Positions 54,269-56,532 of a stretch of 56,532 nt of DNA are shown one piece after another. Positions within the stretch are counted from its first letter, which is position 1. Every line of letters begins with the position of its first letter. This stretch comes from Candidatus Nanohaloarchaea archaeon (GTDB lineage: Archaea > Nanohalarchaeota > Nanosalinia > Nanosalinales > Nanosalinaceae). Both the position numbers and the translations under genes were made by a program. The notes under the pieces were generated by a model. It was not told the origin of the DNA. It worked only from the letters and a program-made list of their open reading frames with translations, and did no database searches. The stretch lies in the NCBI GenBank assembly GCA_042218325.1, contig JBDGRE010000006.1, positions 1-56,532 of the forward strand. Reading direction: 5' to 3'.

Positions 54269-55056
54269 TGAACCTCGACAAGTACATCGAGATCACGAGG
54301 ATAGGTTTCCGTGAATCCATCGCCTACCGCCTCGACGCGGTGATGAGCTTCCTGACCTCGGCGTTCTACCTCTTGCTGGCATACTACATCTGGAACGCCA
54401 TCGCCGCGACCGGGTCGCTCGAGAGCAGTTTCTCCGCGGTCATCGCGTACATCTTCGTGGGCCAGGTAGTCTCGAACTCGATGAACGTGACACTGGAGAA
54501 CGAGATAGGCGACCGCGTCCGGGAGGGAACCATCGTCAACGAGCTGAAGCGGCCGATATCCCTCAAGGCGCACCTGTACTTCTACACTCTGGGCCAGTCG
54601 CTGTTCGGCTTCCTCTCCCAAGCCGTCCCTGTAGCGGTGCTCGGCTTCCTCGTCGCGGGCCTGGAGTTCCCCTCGGCGATCAACGCGGCGGCGTTCCTGG
54701 TGAGCCTTTTCCTGGCGTTCAACCTGGTCTTCGCACTGTCTTACATGACTTCGATGTTCGTCTTCTGGACGAAGGTGGGATGGAGCATCCGGTCGATGCG
54801 GTCGACCGTCCAGCAGCTGTTCTCGGGCGTCCTGTTCCCTCTCTACTTGCTGCCGGAGTACCTGAAACCTGTTTTCCATGCCACACCTTTCCCTTCTATG
54901 GTCGACACCCCGATAGGGATATTCCGGATGGAGACAACAGGCAGCGGGATACTGGCGGCCTTCGGCCAGCAGCTTTTCTGGATAGCAGTTTTAACCGTCG
55001 CGGGCCATCTGCTCTGGCGAAAAGCAAGCAAGAAGCTGACGGTGCAGGGTGGCTGA
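54268..55056 (+). CDS. ABC-2 type permease
   Basis: Multi-TM; ends in VQGG. Confidence 0.88.
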   Translation: MNLDKYIEITRIGFRESIAYRLDAVMSFLTSAFYLLLAYYIWNAIAATGSLESSFSAVIAYIFVGQVVSNSMNVTLENEIGDRVREGTIVNELKRPISLKAHLYFYTLGQSLFGFLSQAVPVAVLGFLVAGLEFPSAINAAAFLVSLFLAFNLVFALSYMTSMFVFWTKVGWSIRSMRSTVQQLFSGVLFPLYLLPEYLKPVFHATPFPSMVDTPIGIFRMETTGSGILAAFGQQLFWIAVLTVAGHLLWRKASKKLTVQGG

Positions 55057-55864
55057 AGTGCTGGACGAACCGAAGCGTTACTGGCGTATCTACTGGCTTT
55101 ACTTCAAGCAGTTCTGGAAGACCCGGCTGATATACAAGGCCGACTTCCTGACAGGGTTCGCCGCTCACTCCATCAGCGTGGTGTTCTCACTGCTTTTCCT
55201 GACGCTGCTGTTCACGCAGGTGAACTCTATAGCGGGCTGGACGTTCGACCAAATGCTTTTCCTCGCCGGCGTCGGCGGCTTCATAATGAACCTGCACCAC
55301 ATCTTCCTGTTCAACATCTACCGGCTCGGCGACGAGTACATCGTCACCGGTGACTTCGACCGGTTCCTGCTGCGGCCTTTAAGCCCGCTGTTCCAGGTTT
55401 ACGCTGACGCGGTCAGGGATAACTCGGTCGCCAAGCTGCTGGTCAACATCGGCATACTCGCGTACGCGATTCCGAGGCTGAACGTGACTCTCTTCACACC
55501 GGGGAAGATGCTCTACTCCGTGGCCGCGATCCTGTCGGGCGTGCTTATCTTCGCCGCGGTCTACCTCGCGTTCTCCTCGACCGCTTTCTGGACAGGTCGC
55601 TCGCGGGCGGCCATCTGGCTGGTATTCCGGCTCAGCGACTTCCGCAAGTATCCCTACGGTATCTACGGGAAAGCCGTACAGGCGATACTTGTGACACTGA
55701 TACCGATAGCATTCGCCTCCTTCTTCCCGGCGGCCTACCTGCTGGAGAAGCCAGGCTGGACGAACTTCCAGGTAGGTGCGCTGATCGCGGGCCCGGTGTT
55801 CTACCTGCTGGCGTTGCAGCTCTGGAAACTCGGGCTGAGGAACTACTCGAGCACCGGGAGCTGA
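55049..55864 (+). CDS. ABC-2 type permease
   Basis: GDFDRFLLRP, YPYGIY, ends YSSTGS. Confidence 0.88.
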   Translation: MAEVLDEPKRYWRIYWLYFKQFWKTRLIYKADFLTGFAAHSISVVFSLLFLTLLFTQVNSIAGWTFDQMLFLAGVGGFIMNLHHIFLFNIYRLGDEYIVTGDFDRFLLRPLSPLFQVYADAVRDNSVAKLLVNIGILAYAIPRLNVTLFTPGKMLYSVAAILSGVLIFAAVYLAFSSTAFWTGRSRAAIWLVFRLSDFRKYPYGIYGKAVQAILVTLIPIAFASFFPAAYLLEKPGWTNFQVGALIAGPVFYLLALQLWKLGLRNYSSTGS

Positions 55865-55907
55865 CCGAAACAGTCATATAGTTTCCAGCCTTCATTACAG
55901 CTTTGCC

Positions 55908-56198
55908 GTGAACTCCGAGAGTAACGTCGATATACGCTCCGGGCTTTCAGGAGAGGACGCCTCGAGACCTGTGGAGATCCTGCTTGACAACGACAGGCAG
56001 TCCCAGCTCCACGCCATTAGAAGGACCTACAGGGTAGCCCGAAACGGTTCGGTATATCCGGTCCTTGAATACTGCAGGGGCAGGGACCGGCTGCATATCG
56101 TGGATACAGAAGATGAAAAGGTAAGAAAGATAGTAGAGTTCGACAGCCGGGAGGAAGCCGTCAGCTCCTTCCAGAACTACTCGAACTTCTCCTCGTAG
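55908..56198 (+). CDS. Orphan hypothetical protein or remnant
   Basis: 96-aa ORF with weak start. Confidence 0.35.
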   Translation: MNSESNVDIRSGLSGEDASRPVEILLDNDRQSQLHAIRRTYRVARNGSVYPVLEYCRGRDRLHIVDTEDEKVRKIVEFDSREEAVSSFQNYSNFSS

Positions 56199-56532
56199 AG
56201 CTCCTGAGACCGCTCGACCACCTCCTTTGCGGCCTCGGCGTCGCCCCAGCCCTCGATCTCGACCTCTTTCTTGGGCTCAAGGTTCTTGTAGGTCGCGAAG
56301 AACTCCGCGATCTCCTGCTTTTTATGGTCGTTGACGTCGTCGAGATCCTGTACATCGTCCCATCTCGGGTCTTCAACAGGTACGGCGATGATGTTGTCGT
56401 CCTGCTCGCCGTCATCGTCCATGTACAGGATTCCAACGGGGCGGACCTCGATTACGCAGCCAGGGAAGGTCGGGTTGGTGGTCAGGACCAGGATGTCCAT
56501 CGGGTCACCGTCCTCGTAGTAGGCCTGCGGGA
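56177..56532 (-). CDS. ppa: Inorganic pyrophosphatase, 5' part outside window
   Basis: EDGDPMDILV, DDGEQDD, FFATYK.LE. Confidence 0.93.
   Translation of the reverse strand, partial: PQAYYEDGDPMDILVLTTNPTFPGCVIEVRPVGILYMDDDGEQDDNIIAVPVEDPRWDDVQDLDDVNDHKKQEIAEFFATYKNLEPKKEVEIEGWGDAEAAKEVVERSQELYEEKFE

Overview
Halophilic DPANN-type archaeal DNA, most consistent with Nanohaloarchaeota (inferred from the very acidic proteins, fused PriS-PriL primase and compact informational operons). The window has two parts. (1) 1-~11985 is a visibly lower-GC integrated element abutting the 3' end of an intron-containing tRNA-Gly(TCC). It has a leftward operon of small MGE-type genes with an AAA+ helicase and a candidate antisense two-hairpin RNA in the leader. 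Its cargo is an unusual module: an ACT regulator divergent from an operon of a possible HIGH-less class I aaRS-like protein, dapF and a class II lysS. No integrase is in the window. (2) ~12200-56532 is higher-GC core chromosome: Nop5/fibrillarin, Suf cluster, XPD, Nre, aIF5B, ribosomal proteins, enolase, eIF2a, GINS, primase, PCNA, TFS, XPB, ABC transporters and PPase, plus several interrupted orphan genes and a broken dinB. The top observation is an 85-bp multi-hairpin repeat found twice, each time exactly at an operon junction (sufS/sufU and rps28e/rpl24e). Each copy forms a 36-37 codon mini-ORF that overlaps the upstream stop and the downstream start, so translational coupling would be relayed through the insert. 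All calls are by eye; no searches were run.
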